DNA of 64,000 bases from Desulfobaccales bacterium (GCA_049696835.1 JBAVUP010000014.1:332-64331), one strand, 5' to 3'; counted from the first letter of the stretch, positions 9,071-19,475 are shown. The notes: generated by a model not told the origin, from the sequence alone. Translations and numbers: made by a program.

Positions 9071-9184
9071 ATGAAAGTCAGGGCCTCAGTAAAACGCATG
9101 TGCGCCAAGTGTAAGATTATTCGCCGCAAACGCGTGGTGCGGGTGATCTGCGAAAATCCCAAGCATAAGCAGCGTCAAGGCTAA
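9071..9184 (+). CDS. rpmJ: 50S ribosomal protein L36
   Basis: Not in the ORF track because it is under 60 aa. Manual translation gives [37 protein letters not shown], ending at TAA 9182-9184. Confidence 0.93.
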   Translation: MKVRASVKRMCAKCKIIRRKRVVRVICENPKHKQRQG

Positions 9185-9198
9185 AGGGAGGGAAGGAA

Positions 9199-9573
9199 TT
9201 GGCCAGAATCGCCGGGATCGATTTACCCCGAAACAAGAGAATCGAGATCGCCCTTACGTATATTTACGGCATCGGGCGCACCAGCGCGTCGCGGGTGCTG
9301 CGGGAAGCCAAGGTGGACCCGGGCACCAAGACGTCCGATTTGAACGACGGCGAAATCACCAGCATCCGCCAGGTGATTGACCATACCTGCAAGGTGGAAG
9401 GGGACCTTCGGCGGGAAGTCTCCATGAACATCAAGCGCCTGATGGACCTGGGATGCTACCGGGGCCTGCGGCATCGGCGGAGCCTGCCGGTGCGGGGACA
9501 GCGGACCCATACGAACGCCCGCACGCGCAAGGGCCCGCGGCGCAGCGTCGTGGGCAAACGGAAGAAAGCTTAA
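9199..9573 (+). CDS. rpsM: 30S ribosomal protein S13
   Basis: TTG start, 124 aa, [30 protein letters not shown]... Confidence 0.96.
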   Translation: MARIAGIDLPRNKRIEIALTYIYGIGRTSASRVLREAKVDPGTKTSDLNDGEITSIRQVIDHTCKVEGDLRREVSMNIKRLMDLGCYRGLRHRRSLPVRGQRTHTNARTRKGPRRSVVGKRKKA

Positions 9574-9582
9574 GGAGGGGCG

Positions 9583-9975
9583 ATGGCCAAAGCGCAGGCA
9601 CGCACCAAAAAGAAGAAGGAAAAAAAGAACATCCCCACGGGGGTGGCGCATATCAAGGCCACGTTCAATAACACCCTGGTGACCATCACCGACCCCACGG
9701 GCAACGTGGTCTCCTGGTCTTCGGCGGGGGTCCAGGGTTTCAAGGGGTCCCGGAAAGGCACGCCTTTTGCGGCGCAGTTGGCGGCCCAGGACGCGGCCCG
9801 GAAAGCCATGGAACATGGCATGCGTAACGTGGACGTCTTTGTCAAAGGGCCGGGCGCGGGCCGGGAAGCAGCCCTCAGGGCTTTGCAGGCCGCGGGTTTG
9901 AGCGTCAACCTGATTCGGGATGTCAGCCCCATTCCCCACAATGGCTGCCGCCCCCCCAAACGTCGTCGGGTTTAA
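9583..9975 (+). CDS. rpsK: 30S ribosomal protein S11
   Basis: 130 aa, ...[30 protein letters not shown]... Confidence 0.96.
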   Translation: MAKAQARTKKKKEKKNIPTGVAHIKATFNNTLVTITDPTGNVVSWSSAGVQGFKGSRKGTPFAAQLAAQDAARKAMEHGMRNVDVFVKGPGAGREAALRALQAAGLSVNLIRDVSPIPHNGCRPPKRRRV

Positions 9976-9992
9976 TGGAGAGGTGATCAACA

Positions 9993-10619
9993 GTGGCTAG
10001 ATACGTGGGACCAGCTTGCCGGCTTTGCCGCCGGGAGGGGATGCAGCTCTATCTCAAAGGAGATCGCTGTTATACCGATAAATGTGCCATCGAGCGGCGT
10101 CACTACCCGCCGGGACAGCACGGCCAGCGCCGGAGTAAACCCTCCGACTACGGCCTGCAGCTCCGGGAGAAACAAAAGGTGAGGCGCATATACGGCGTGT
10201 TGGAGAAACAATTCAGCAGTTATTTTGAAAAGGCCGAACGGCAGAAAGGGGTTACCGGCACTAACCTATTAGTTTTTCTGGAACGGCGTTTGGACAACAT
10301 CGTTTACCGGTTAGGTTTTGCCAACTCCCGGTCCCAGGCCCGGCAGTTGGTGCGCCATAATCTGGTTATGATTAACGGCGCCAAGGTAAATCTACCTTCC
10401 TATCTGGTAAGGACGGGAGATGTGATTCAGGTAACCGAGAAAGGCCGCAAACTGCCCTTGATTCTGGATGCCATGGAGGCAGTGGCGCGGCGGGGATGCC
10501 CCCCCTGGCTGGAGTTCAACAAAGAAGAAGCCGAAGGAAGGGTGATCATGTTCCCTACGCGGGAAGATATCACCATACCTATTCAAGAGCATCTCATCGT
10601 GGAGCTTTATTCCAAATAG
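9993..10619 (+). CDS. rpsD: 30S ribosomal protein S4
   Basis: GTG start, 208 aa, [36 protein letters not shown]... Confidence 0.96.
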   Translation: MARYVGPACRLCRREGMQLYLKGDRCYTDKCAIERRHYPPGQHGQRRSKPSDYGLQLREKQKVRRIYGVLEKQFSSYFEKAERQKGVTGTNLLVFLERRLDNIVYRLGFANSRSQARQLVRHNLVMINGAKVNLPSYLVRTGDVIQVTEKGRKLPLILDAMEAVARRGCPPWLEFNKEEAEGRVIMFPTREDITIPIQEHLIVELYSK

Positions 10620-10751
10620 CATCACGATCCTTTATGTTCCCAGCCGCTCTCCGGGCCAGACTGAGCTTGCGGGAGTCAGGTTTTCCGGGCCTCCGGCCAG
10701 GACCGGCCGGCACCCCGGGACATAAAAACATGAGCAGTTTTCTGAGGAGCC

Positions 10752-11765
10752 ATGATCCACAAGAACTGGACCGAGATTATCAAGCCCAAACGGCTGGAAG
10801 TTGATAGTGAGACTCATAGCCGCTTTTACGGCAAGTTCGCCTGCGAGCCCCTGGAGCGCGGCTTCGGCACCACCCTGGGGAATGCCCTGCGGCGGGTCTT
10901 GCTTTCCTCCCTGCGGGGATCGGCCATCACAGCGGTCCGCATCAAGGATGTCTATCACGAATTTTCAGCCATCCCCGGAGTGTTGGAAGATGTCACCGAA
11001 ATCCTGCTCAATTTAAAACAGGTGCGCTTAAAGGTACTGACTGACGGCATCAAGATGTTGCACCTGGAGGCCAACGGCCAGGGGGAGCTCACCGCCGGCG
11101 ACATCCAGACGGATGGCACGGTGGAAATCCTCAACCCCGAGCATCACCTCGCCACCCTGGCGGCGGACGGCGAACTGGTGCTGGAGATGACGGTCAAGAC
11201 CGGCAAGGGTTTTGTGCCCGCGGAGGCCAATAAGGAAGAAGATCAGCCCATCGGCTATATTCCTCTGGACGCCAGCTTCTCGCCCATCCGCAAGGTCAAT
11301 TACGTGGTGACGCAAGCCCGGGTGGGGCAACGCACCGACTATGACAAGCTGACTCTGGAGATCTGGACCGACGGCAGCATCACCCCGGAAAACGCCATCG
11401 CCTACGCCGCCAAGATTCTCAAAGAGCATTTGGCCATGTTCATTAACTTCGAAGAGGAGCCTTCGGGGCTGGAAGAGAAGGTCAGCGAAGAGCCGCCCAC
11501 CTTTAACGAGAACCTCTACCGCAGCGTTAATGAACTGGAACTCTCGGTTCGGGCCGCCAATTGCCTGCGGAATGCGCAAATCCGCTATATCGGCGAGCTG
11601 GTGCAAAAGACCGAACAGGAGATGCTCAAGACCAAGAATTTTGGCCGCAAGTCTCTCAATGAGATCAAAGAGATTCTCATCGAGATGGGGCTGCACCTGG
11701 GAATGAAGCTGGAAAACTTTGTGCCCCCTGATCAGATGCCGGAAAGGAAGGAAGAAGTCGCATGA
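10752..11765 (+). CDS. rpoA: DNA-directed RNA polymerase subunit alpha
   Basis: 337 aa, ...[35 protein letters not shown]...[24 protein letters not shown]... Confidence 0.97.
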   Translation: MIHKNWTEIIKPKRLEVDSETHSRFYGKFACEPLERGFGTTLGNALRRVLLSSLRGSAITAVRIKDVYHEFSAIPGVLEDVTEILLNLKQVRLKVLTDGIKMLHLEANGQGELTAGDIQTDGTVEILNPEHHLATLAADGELVLEMTVKTGKGFVPAEANKEEDQPIGYIPLDASFSPIRKVNYVVTQARVGQRTDYDKLTLEIWTDGSITPENAIAYAAKILKEHLAMFINFEEEPSGLEEKVSEEPPTFNENLYRSVNELELSVRAANCLRNAQIRYIGELVQKTEQEMLKTKNFGRKSLNEIKEILIEMGLHLGMKLENFVPPDQMPERKEEVA

Positions 11766-12163
11766 GACACTTAAAGGCCGGCAGGCGCCTGTCCCGGACC
11801 ACGGAGCATCGCCAGGCCATGCTGCGCAATCTGGTGACCGCGCTGTTGGAAAAAGAGCGGGTGGAGACCACCCGGGCCAAGGCCAAGGAGGCCCGCATAT
11901 GGGCCGAGAAGGTCATTACCCTGGCCAAGCGGGGTGACTTGCACGCCCGGCGCCTGACCCTGGCGGTGGTGCGCTCCAAGAAGGTGGTGGCTAAGCTCTT
12001 TGGGGAACTGAGAGAGCGTTACCAGGACCGTCCTGGCGGTTATACCCGCATCATCCCCGTGGGGATCAGGTTGGGCGATGGGGCCTCCATGTCTATCTTG
12101 GAGTTGGTAGGTCGCCCGGAACAATTACCCAAGGCCAAGAAAAAGAAGGCCGCGGCCAGCTGA
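11762..12163 (+). CDS. rplQ: 50S ribosomal protein L17
   Basis: 133 aa, [37 protein letters not shown]... Confidence 0.96.
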   Translation: MRHLKAGRRLSRTTEHRQAMLRNLVTALLEKERVETTRAKAKEARIWAEKVITLAKRGDLHARRLTLAVVRSKKVVAKLFGELRERYQDRPGGYTRIIPVGIRLGDGASMSILELVGRPEQLPKAKKKKAAAS

Positions 12164-12177
12164 TCGGATAACGATAA

Positions 12178-12214
12178 GGGGACAGGGGCTCCATGCCCCT
12201 GTCCCCTCGGTTTT
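12178..12214 (+). terminator. Rho-independent terminator after rplQ
   Basis: Perfect 11-bp stem GGGGACAGGGG (12178-12188) / CCCCTGTCCCC (12196-12206), 7-nt loop, then TCGGTTTT. Confidence 0.75.
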
Positions 12215-12439
12215 GCCCTGCCGGCCTGGCCCCAGCCCAGGCCATCATCGTCTCACCTTAGAGGTCCCACCCAGGTGGTTGTCAGGTTCCGGCAGCCCTT
12301 AGCGGGTGCGGCTGGACTGAATAAATTTTTATTATATAAAATTTAATTAATATATTTGTTAAATAGCCGAATATGTTTGACTATTCAAAAAAAGGGGTTG
12401 ACAACCTTTTTTACATATACTAAGGTGCACCAAACCAAA

Positions 12440-12503
12440 TAGGTACTTCTACCTAATTTGGCCTAGGTAAAACTACCATTTTGCATGGGGAAAGATACCT
12501 AGG
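12440..12503 (+). promoter_or_regulatory. Candidate structured 5' leader of the NlpC/P60 gene with four mutually competing TAGGTA/TACCTA segments
   Basis: Segments: TAGGTA 12440-45, TACCTA 12450-55, CCTAGGTA 12462-69, TACCTAGG 12496-12503. They allow 1:2 plus 3:4 pairing, or alternatively 2:3. Function not established. Confidence 0.3.
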
Positions 12504-12618
12504 TCAGACAGGCGTGCTCTTTACCAGAATTCCTCGAGCATTACCGCCCAAGTAACCGGAGCTAAAAAAACGGCTTTTAGTTCCCTTCCGGATTGTCCCA
12601 TAACAAAGGAGGTTCTGG

Positions 12619-13431
12619 ATGGTGAATCGATTAATTTGGAGTGCGGTAATCACCCTGGCCCTGACTTTTGCGCCTAATCTGGCGCATGCCGTTCCCACCA
12701 AAACGATCAAAAAGAAGACATCCAAAACCCCAGCGCGGGTTGTCAAAAAGAGTAAAGCCAGCCGGAGGTCCAAGTACTCCAGATCCTCCCGGCACCACTC
12801 CCGGAGGGTGGTTGAATCCTCCATGGTCCCCCATTACACCAGTGGTTACATGACGGAAACCCCGCCCTTGATGAAGGTTATTCCCCAAAGGGATGGCAAG
12901 TTCTTGCTGGAACCTCTGACGGCCCCTAAAAAGACTCTGAACACCCCGCTAACCCAGCCTAAGAAAGATGCCGGGGGCGATCGCGTGTCTTCCACACCCT
13001 CCAGCTATAATAGGTTTGAACCCTGGGATTTTTCCGAGCTGATCCTGAGCCAGGCCAAGGCCTATCGTCATGCCCCCTATGCCCGGGGCGCCTCCCTGGA
13101 GACCGGGTCGGCCACGGATTGCTCGGGCTTTGTCCAGTTCATTTACCACGGGTTTAAAATCAATTTGCCCCGTTCCAGCGCCGAACAGGCCCAGGTGGGG
13201 AAGGTCGTGACTCGCCAGATGGATTTCTCCAAGCTGCTCCCCGGAGATCTCCTGTTCTTCCGCCGGGGCGGCCATTCAGTGGGACATGCCGGCATCTACC
13301 TGGGTGAGGGCAAGATGATCCATGCCTCGAACTACCGATACGGAGTGACCGTCACCGACCTGCGGGAGCCTTACTACGAGAATACCTTCGTGGTGGCCAA
13401 GCGGGTCTTTACCGTGCAATATCCCGAATGA
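12619..13431 (+). CDS. Secreted NlpC/P60-family peptidoglycan endopeptidase
   Basis: 270 aa. Signal peptide MVNRLIWSAVITLALTFAPNLAHA. C-terminal ...DCSGFVQFIYHGFKINLPRSS...GHAGIYLGEGKMIHAS carries the Cys/His catalytic signature. Confidence 0.85.
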   Translation: MVNRLIWSAVITLALTFAPNLAHAVPTKTIKKKTSKTPARVVKKSKASRRSKYSRSSRHHSRRVVESSMVPHYTSGYMTETPPLMKVIPQRDGKFLLEPLTAPKKTLNTPLTQPKKDAGGDRVSSTPSSYNRFEPWDFSELILSQAKAYRHAPYARGASLETGSATDCSGFVQFIYHGFKINLPRSSAEQAQVGKVVTRQMDFSKLLPGDLLFFRRGGHSVGHAGIYLGEGKMIHASNYRYGVTVTDLREPYYENTFVVAKRVFTVQYPE

Positions 13432-14019
13432 CAACGATGCTGCGGGTGGGTGTCGCCGCAGCCGTACGGACAATTTTCACCGTGGCTGCCTGAACTGGCC
13501 CAGGCCGGTCTGCCGGGTCCCCCTGGTTCGAGGGACGGGTAAAGACAGGGTTACCTGGGCCAGAATTGTTTTCCGGGTCCGTCCGCGCCCATCTCCCAAC
13601 GCGTCCCTCCTGAAACTCCCCCACGATGCCGGTGCGACCGGGAACAGGGCGCAGGTCCGCCTCCGGCCTGCCAGGGGGGGGATCGACCCAGGCTCTGCCA
13701 CCGCCCGCCATGCCGGCACGGAGCAGGTTGTTCCGGCCTTGCCGCCCGCCGAGAAAATCTCACCTCAAGAAAAGTTCTTGCAGCTTCAGGTTATTTGTGT
13801 GACAATTTATTCCCCTCACAGTAAAAAAATGTGGAAATAATAAAAGGCTAACCACTGTTTAGTACAAAGAAGCCGGTTAGCTCGTTTCCAGGTTCAGCAC
13901 AACCTTTCCCGATATCCGCGGGGCATTGGCGCCGGGGCTATTCCCGGATTTGGGATATCCCCCGCGAGTACTCCACCGGTGGCATGGGTCACGGCGTTCA
14001 CCCTTTCAGCAGGTGCAGC

Positions 14020-15639
14020 ATGGAGGCCGCTATCCCCACCCTTCTTCTGATGGTCGAGAATCCCGAGGAGGCCCACAGGCTCCGGCAGGGGCTGACGGGT
14101 GCCGGTGCGGCAGGCTACCGGTGGGCCTGGGTTCCGAACCTATCCCGGGGATTGGCGCGCTTGGGCGGGGGCGGCATCGATGTGGTTCTGCTGGAGCTGG
14201 ACCTACCGGACAGCCGGGGGCTGGACACCCTGGCGCGCCTCCAGGCCCAGGCCCCCCGGGTCCCCCTGGTCGTGCTCATCCATCCCGGGGAGGAAGCCGT
14301 GGGCCTGGCGGCTATTCGCCGGGGCGCCCAGGATTATCTGATTCAGGGGAAGACGTCCGTTGACCAGGTTATGCAGGTCATCGGCGGCGCCCGGGAACGG
14401 CACCGAATGACGGCAGACCTGCGGCAAGCCCGGGACGAACTGGCCCAACGGCTGCAGGAACAGGCTGATGACCGGAGGCAGCGGGAAGAGAGGCTGCACC
14501 AGTGGGAAGCCGGCCTGGCCGAGGCTCAGCGCCTGGCCCATCTGGGGAGTTGGGAATGGCACATCCGGACCGACACCGCGGTCTGGTCGGCAGAACTCTT
14601 TCGGATCTTCCATTTGGCTCCCCGGTCGGCGGGCTTGACGCGGGAAGAATTCCTCCACTACGTGCATCCCGATGATCGGGACACCGTGCAGCAGGCCATG
14701 ACCGAGGCCCTGGCCGGGGTGAAAGCCTTCGCCGTGGACTTCCGGGTCATTCTGGATGACGGCTCCATATGCTACCTGTACTCCCAGGCTGAGGTCAGCT
14801 TTGATGAGGCCGGACAGGCCACGATGATGCGCGGCACTCTCCAGGACGTGACCGCGCACCGGCAGACGGAAGAAAGATTGCGGGAATCGCAAAGAAACCT
14901 GCGCCACCTGGCTTTCCGACTTATGAGCGCCCAGGAAGAGGAACGGAAACGCCTCTCCCGGGAACTCCACGATGATCTGGGACAATCATTGCTGGTTTTA
15001 AAACTCCGGGTGGGTGACCTGGTGCGCAAGCTGATCCAGGACCCGGAGGCGGTGAGGAAGGATTGCGACGAAATTTTATCCTTCCTGGATCGGGTGGTCA
15101 ACGACGTCCGGCGCCTGTCCCGGGATTTGAGTCCCACCATGGTGACGGACCTGGGTCTTTCCGCGGCCTTGCGCCGCCTGGTGCACGATTTTTCCCAACA
15201 CTACCATATAGAGCTCGAGGATGACATCGATGAGGTGGATCGGCTGTTCGCCCTGAAGGCGCAGGTTAACCTGTACCGGGTTTTCCAGGAGTCCCTGACC
15301 AACATCGGCAAATATGCCGGCGCCACCCGGGTGACGGTGGCCATCAAGAGATACACCGACCGGGTGGAATTTCTCGTGGCGGACAATGGCAAGGGCTTTG
15401 ACGTGCTGCGGGTCTTGGCGGGCGATGCGGCCAGCCGGGGCCTGGGGCTGGCGGCCATGCAGGAGCGGGTGCGGATGTTGGGAGGGAGCCTCACCATCTG
15501 GAGCCAGGAAGGCGCGGGCACCAGAATTTCCTTTGCCATTTCCCTGGAGAAGCAGCTTCACCACGCGGTGGCAAAACAGCTTGGCCAGGCACACCCTGAG
15601 CGGTGGCTGGCGAAACCTGAAGCGCGGCGGAGCCGGTAA
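14020..15639 (+). CDS. Hybrid sensor histidine kinase: receiver domain, coiled coil, PAS, HisKA_3, HATPase
   Basis: REC-like segment IPTLLLMVEN...DVVLLELDLPDSRG. PAS-like WEWHIRTDTAVWSAELFRIFH. H-box RLSRELHDDLGQSL. ATPase DNGKGF...GLGLAAMQERV. An alternative start exists at ATG 13984. Confidence 0.85.
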   Translation: MEAAIPTLLLMVENPEEAHRLRQGLTGAGAAGYRWAWVPNLSRGLARLGGGGIDVVLLELDLPDSRGLDTLARLQAQAPRVPLVVLIHPGEEAVGLAAIRRGAQDYLIQGKTSVDQVMQVIGGARERHRMTADLRQARDELAQRLQEQADDRRQREERLHQWEAGLAEAQRLAHLGSWEWHIRTDTAVWSAELFRIFHLAPRSAGLTREEFLHYVHPDDRDTVQQAMTEALAGVKAFAVDFRVILDDGSICYLYSQAEVSFDEAGQATMMRGTLQDVTAHRQTEERLRESQRNLRHLAFRLMSAQEEERKRLSRELHDDLGQSLLVLKLRVGDLVRKLIQDPEAVRKDCDEILSFLDRVVNDVRRLSRDLSPTMVTDLGLSAALRRLVHDFSQHYHIELEDDIDEVDRLFALKAQVNLYRVFQESLTNIGKYAGATRVTVAIKRYTDRVEFLVADNGKGFDVLRVLAGDAASRGLGLAAMQERVRMLGGSLTIWSQEGAGTRISFAISLEKQLHHAVAKQLGQAHPERWLAKPEARRSR

Positions 15640-16150
15640 ACCCGGGGCCCAGGACATCCCAGCCCTCGGGGGCAGTCCGACCTTACCCCGGGACGGCGGC
15701 CTCCCGGAGCCCCAGGAAGGCGCGTAAGTCCCGGAGCCGGGAGGAGGCGGGGTCGGCGGGGAGATCCCAGAGGACGATGAGCATGGCCCCATGACGCCAT
15801 GACCCCAGGAGCCGCTGCACTTAAGGTGGGTTCTCAGCGGGGCGGCCCCAGGATGGCCGTGAGCCGGGTGATGAATGCCCGCCCCTGCGTGGAGGCCGGC
15901 ACGTTCACGGAGGCCTGGTCGCGTAGAGGGTGAGGGAAAATTCCCCCGCGTCGTCGGCGTCGGCGTGCTCCGGCCCCCGGGCGCGGCCTTTCACCATGGC
16001 GACCTGGCGGCGCTCTTCCCGGTTGTCCAGCACGATATCCCAATTCTGCGGCATGAAGCACCTGCGATACTGTTTTCGGTCTTCGGCTATCCATAAAATA
16101 ATTATCGGTAAGCCAGGGCATGGTGCGCAATGCTCACCCTCCAGGCTGCC

Positions 16151-16762
16151 TTAGTTCTCCAAAAAGAAGGTTTTCCGCCAGAGGTGATCGCCGCTCAGGG
16201 CATGGAGGATCACCGCGCCCCCATGGATGGCGAGAAAGGCCACAATGAGCCACAGGCCGAGTTCATGCATTTCCTTGAGGGCGTGCACCAAGCCCCCGGC
16301 CTGGCGCCCCGGGGTGAGAAAGAGCGCCATCAGGGTGCCGGTCAGGGCCATATAGGCAAACACCGCCAGGCCGAAGGTCTGAACCACCCCTGCCAACCCC
16401 TGGTGCGGCGAGCGCTCGGGCAGCTTCCCCCGGAGCAGGGTCAGCAAGTCTTCCGCCACCAGGGCCAGGCGGTCCCGGGTATAAGGCACCCACTCGCGGA
16501 AGCGGGCCTCTTGGGGGCCATAAAACCCTTGCCAGAGGCGCCAGGCCACAAAAAAGCTCAGGGTCAGGCCCAACCACTTATGCGTGCTGAATCCCAGGTG
16601 GTGAAGCCTTTTATAATCACCGGCCAAGAGGCCCGTCAGTAAGGCCAGGACGCCGAAAACCGTGAGCCCCACATGGATAACCCGGGTCAGTTCGTCCAGT
16701 TCCGGTCTGGGGGTCGATGGGGATGTATCGGTCATAGAGAACCTCCTCTTTCCTACTTTCAT
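16151..16762 (-). CDS. Cytochrome b561-like membrane protein (Ni/Fe-hydrogenase b-type cytochrome family)
   Basis: 203 aa with four predicted TM helices carrying conserved His residues (VIHVGLTVFG, HHLGFSTHKWLG, HALKEMHELG, IHGGAVILHA). Assignment rests on pattern only. Confidence 0.6.
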   Translation of the reverse strand: MKVGKRRFSMTDTSPSTPRPELDELTRVIHVGLTVFGVLALLTGLLAGDYKRLHHLGFSTHKWLGLTLSFFVAWRLWQGFYGPQEARFREWVPYTRDRLALVAEDLLTLLRGKLPERSPHQGLAGVVQTFGLAVFAYMALTGTLMALFLTPGRQAGGLVHALKEMHELGLWLIVAFLAIHGGAVILHALSGDHLWRKTFFLEN

Positions 16763-16947
16763 AGGGGCAATGTTCCTATCTCTGGCTCACCTCAGATCAG
16801 CTCTTTGAGCCGGGCGGCAAAGCCCGGCAGTTGCAAGGCCTCCTCCCCCCCCCGCCCCCACCCCAGCAACGCGAAGCCTTTGCCCATCACGGCCTCTTCC
16901 AGTTCCGGGGCCGGCAGGAGATGGTGCCGAGCTCATGGAGGAAGACA

Positions 16948-17871
16948 TCAGGTGCCGCCCAATTTCAGGCCGGTGACCTCGTAGAGGCGATACTTCCCGC
17001 TTTTGCCCCGCAGATTGAAGTAAGGCCGCTTACCCACCTGAACCTGATCTTTCACCAAGGCATACGCGTCTTCAGAGATGAGAAACCAGGTGCCGGCTTT
17101 TTTGTTGGCGTTTTCAATGCGGCTGGCCATATTGACGGCATCCCCGATCACGGTCATCTTCTTATGGCCGGGATGCCCAAGTTTGCCCGCCACCACCTTG
17201 CCATAATGCAGGCCGATACGGATCCGGAAGGTCCGGTGGTATAATTCTTCCAGATAAGGGCCTAACTGCTCTACGGTCTGAAGCATTTCCAACCCGGCTT
17301 GCACCGCCTGCAAGGCCCCTGCCTCGGGGACATCGGCCTCAAAGAGGGCCATGAACCCGTCCCCCATGTAATTATCTATATGACCGCCGTGATCTTTGAC
17401 AATTGCTCCCATTTGGCGCAAATGCAGGTTGAGGGCATAGATGACGTCAAAGGGGAGGAGGTTTTCGGCAAAGGAGGTGAACCCCTGAATATCGGCAAAG
17501 AGAATCAGGACGTTTTTTTCCTCGCCGATGGTGACGGCTTCCACCCCTTCGATGAAGAGCGTTTGGAAATCTATGTCTTCCAAATCTTCCACCAGGCGCC
17601 GCACTTTGACATTGCCCGTGGGGACCGTCTGGCAGGCCAATCGCACGCCGGGGGGGAAATGCAGCATCGTGGCGATGGCCTGCTCATCTGCAGTGCGGGG
17701 GGAACAGTGCTCCAGGCCTTCCAACACATTGACCCGGCAGGTGGAACAGCGGGCGGCGCCGCCGCACACATTGGCATGGGGAATATTGGCGCGCAGGGAG
17801 GTTTGTAGGAGATTCTCTCCCTCGGCGCCATCCACGGTTTTTTTATCCGGCAGAAAGTAAATCATGGGCAT
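16948..17871 (-). CDS. 2Fe-2S ferredoxin domain fused to class III adenylate/guanylate cyclase
   Basis: Start MPMIYFLPDKKTVDG at 17871. Cys cluster CGGAARCSTCRV...RLACQT. Cyclase core VLILFADIQGFTSF...DNYMGDGFMALF...VIGDAVNMASRIE. Confidence 0.85.
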   Translation of the reverse strand: MPMIYFLPDKKTVDGAEGENLLQTSLRANIPHANVCGGAARCSTCRVNVLEGLEHCSPRTADEQAIATMLHFPPGVRLACQTVPTGNVKVRRLVEDLEDIDFQTLFIEGVEAVTIGEEKNVLILFADIQGFTSFAENLLPFDVIYALNLHLRQMGAIVKDHGGHIDNYMGDGFMALFEADVPEAGALQAVQAGLEMLQTVEQLGPYLEELYHRTFRIRIGLHYGKVVAGKLGHPGHKKMTVIGDAVNMASRIENANKKAGTWFLISEDAYALVKDQVQVGKRPYFNLRGKSGKYRLYEVTGLKLGGT

Positions 17872-18325
17872 CGGTATTCCATCCTCTGGGGACGATGACT
17901 TTCCGTGACCCACCCCGACGCAGGTCGGGGCGGGCTGCAGCAACAGGTATTGAGTTCAGTCACCCACGCGCTGCACCGTCGGCGGCTTCCAGGTGCCGTC
18001 ACATGAAACCCTCTTATGATAAGTAGTGATTATGCCCCCAAGATCAAGGGGTAGGCTCACATCTCGGGAAGGAAAGTTGCATCCGCTGCCGTAATACGTA
18101 GCTGACCCGGCCGGGTCGGATGACCTCCTGGAGTTGCCTGGCCCCTGGTGCTCCCCTCTGCCTGCTATTCACGGCGGGAAATGTTGCCTTTTTTCCTTAA
18201 ATGATCTGGCATCCCGTTATCGCAAGCACTATCTTCCCAAGGAGTATGCCGGGAGGCGCAGCCTGGGTTTCAGGGGCAATGGCGGCACCGGCTGGTTAAC
18301 ATTTTGAAGGATTGAGGTTCAGCTA

Positions 18326-19000
18326 ATGAAAATCATCTTGAGTCTGTGCATGGCTTTGTGGTTCACTCTGGCCCACCTGGCTGCCTCCTTCGGCGCCGAG
18401 ATCATCAAGCTGCCGCCGCCGGCCAAGAAAGGCACCGTGAGCGTGGAGGAGGCGTTACAGGGCCGGCGCTCCATGCGGCTTTTCGCCAAACGCTCCCTGG
18501 ATCTGGCGCAAATTTCCCAACTGCTGTGGGCCGCGGACGGCATCAACAATCCCCAGGGCAAGAGGACCGCGCCCTCGGGCCGGGCCGCCTACCCCATAGA
18601 CCTCTACCTGGTGGTGGGGGAGCGGGGCGTGACCAACCTGGCTCCTGGGGTCTATCGCTACGTGGTGGCGGACCAGGCCCTGGAGTTGGTGGCCAAAGGC
18701 GAATTCCGTAAGGCGGTGGTCAAGGCCTGTAATTCCCAGGTCTGGATCGGGGAAGCCCCGGCAATTGTCGTAATTACCGGTGATATCAAACGCTCCGAGG
18801 CCAAGAATGGTGAACAGGGGACGTTGTTTACCCATGTGGAGGCGGGTTTTATCGGCCAAAATATTTTCCTGCAGGCCGGGGCCCTGGGATTGGGGGCCGG
18901 GGTCGCCGGAGGATTTAAGGACAAGCCATTAGCCCAGGCTTTGAAACTCCCCCAGGCTGATATCCCTTTCCTGGTCATGCCGGTGGGGCATAAGGAGTAG
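18326..19000 (+). CDS. SagB/ThcOx-type nitroreductase-fold dehydrogenase with signal peptide
   Basis: 224 aa, ...ALQGRRSMRLFAKRSLDLAQISQLLWAADGI...RTAPSGRAAYPIDLYLVV... Confidence 0.7.
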   Translation: MKIILSLCMALWFTLAHLAASFGAEIIKLPPPAKKGTVSVEEALQGRRSMRLFAKRSLDLAQISQLLWAADGINNPQGKRTAPSGRAAYPIDLYLVVGERGVTNLAPGVYRYVVADQALELVAKGEFRKAVVKACNSQVWIGEAPAIVVITGDIKRSEAKNGEQGTLFTHVEAGFIGQNIFLQAGALGLGAGVAGGFKDKPLAQALKLPQADIPFLVMPVGHKE

Positions 19001-19003
19001 GGA

Positions 19004-19037
19004 TCAGGGCCAGAAAGAATTATCGCCTGGCCCCTGA
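19004..19037. terminator. Candidate shared hairpin between convergent genes
   Basis: TCAGGGCCAG (19004-13) pairs with CCTGGCCCCTGA (19026-37) with a 1-nt bulge. No clear U-tract. Confidence 0.3.
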
Positions 19038-19040
19038 CTC

Positions 19041-19475
19041 CTATTTCTTCCCCGTCAGGTGGATATAGGTGCAGAGCCCCTTGGCCACCAGGCGGTCGGC
19101 CTGGCGCACCTCGAATTCCCCCAGGGAAATGGTGCGGCCCCGCTTGGCGATGTGGGCCTCGGCGGTCACGTCCCCTTCCTTCACCGCGCCCAGGAAGTTG
19201 ATTTTCATCTCCACGGTATTGATCATTTCGCCTTCGGGCACCAGGCTGTAGAGGGCGAAGGCCACCGCCTCATCCGCCAGGGCGGCGATCACGCCCCCCT
19301 GCATGAGGCCGATGGAGTTGGCCAACTCGGGTTTAAAGGGCAGCACAAACCGGGCGTAGCCCTGGCCCAGTTGGGGCGCCTGGATGCCGACAAATTTGAT
19401 AAAGGGGTTGGCCGCCAATCTTGCCCGGATGCCGGCTTCCAGCTCCGGGGGCAGGGGCTCAAGGTTGACCTTCAT
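19041..19475 (-). CDS. PaaI-family hotdog-fold thioesterase
   Basis: 144 aa, ...ANSIGLMQGGVIAALADEAVAFALYS...VEMKINFLGAV... Confidence 0.8.
   Translation of the reverse strand: MKVNLEPLPPELEAGIRARLAANPFIKFVGIQAPQLGQGYARFVLPFKPELANSIGLMQGGVIAALADEAVAFALYSLVPEGEMINTVEMKINFLGAVKEGDVTAEAHIAKRGRTISLGEFEVRQADRLVAKGLCTYIHLTGKK

Noticed and set aside
12398-12420. TTGACA hexamer followed by TATACT upstream of the NlpC/P60 gene, as a sigma-70 promoter.
   Set aside because: The spacer is only about 12 nt (14 nt to the alternative TACTAA), outside the usual 16-18 nt. It is not reported as a feature.
13515-13545. tRNA/tmRNA-like T-loop sequence CCCCCTGGTTCGAGGGACGGG in a 550-bp non-coding stretch.
   Set aside because: No 5-bp T-stem, acceptor stem or CCA-proximal pairing could be built on either strand, and no tag reading frame is evident. 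An Rfam or tRNAscan run could still be done for completeness.
15640-16150. A ~500-bp stretch between the kinase and the cytochrome b561-like gene with fragmentary minus-strand frames. Examples are MPWLTDNYFMD..., a 49-aa ORF MPQNWDIVLDNREERRQVAMVKGRARGPEHADADDAGEFSLTLYATRPP, and MLIVLWDLPADPASSRLRDLRAFLGLREAAVPG. It could be a decayed or frameshifted gene.
   Set aside because: I could not join the pieces into a recognisable family. The frame changes do not fall on homopolymers, and each piece is short. It is left unannotated. A profile search of the three frames could revisit this.
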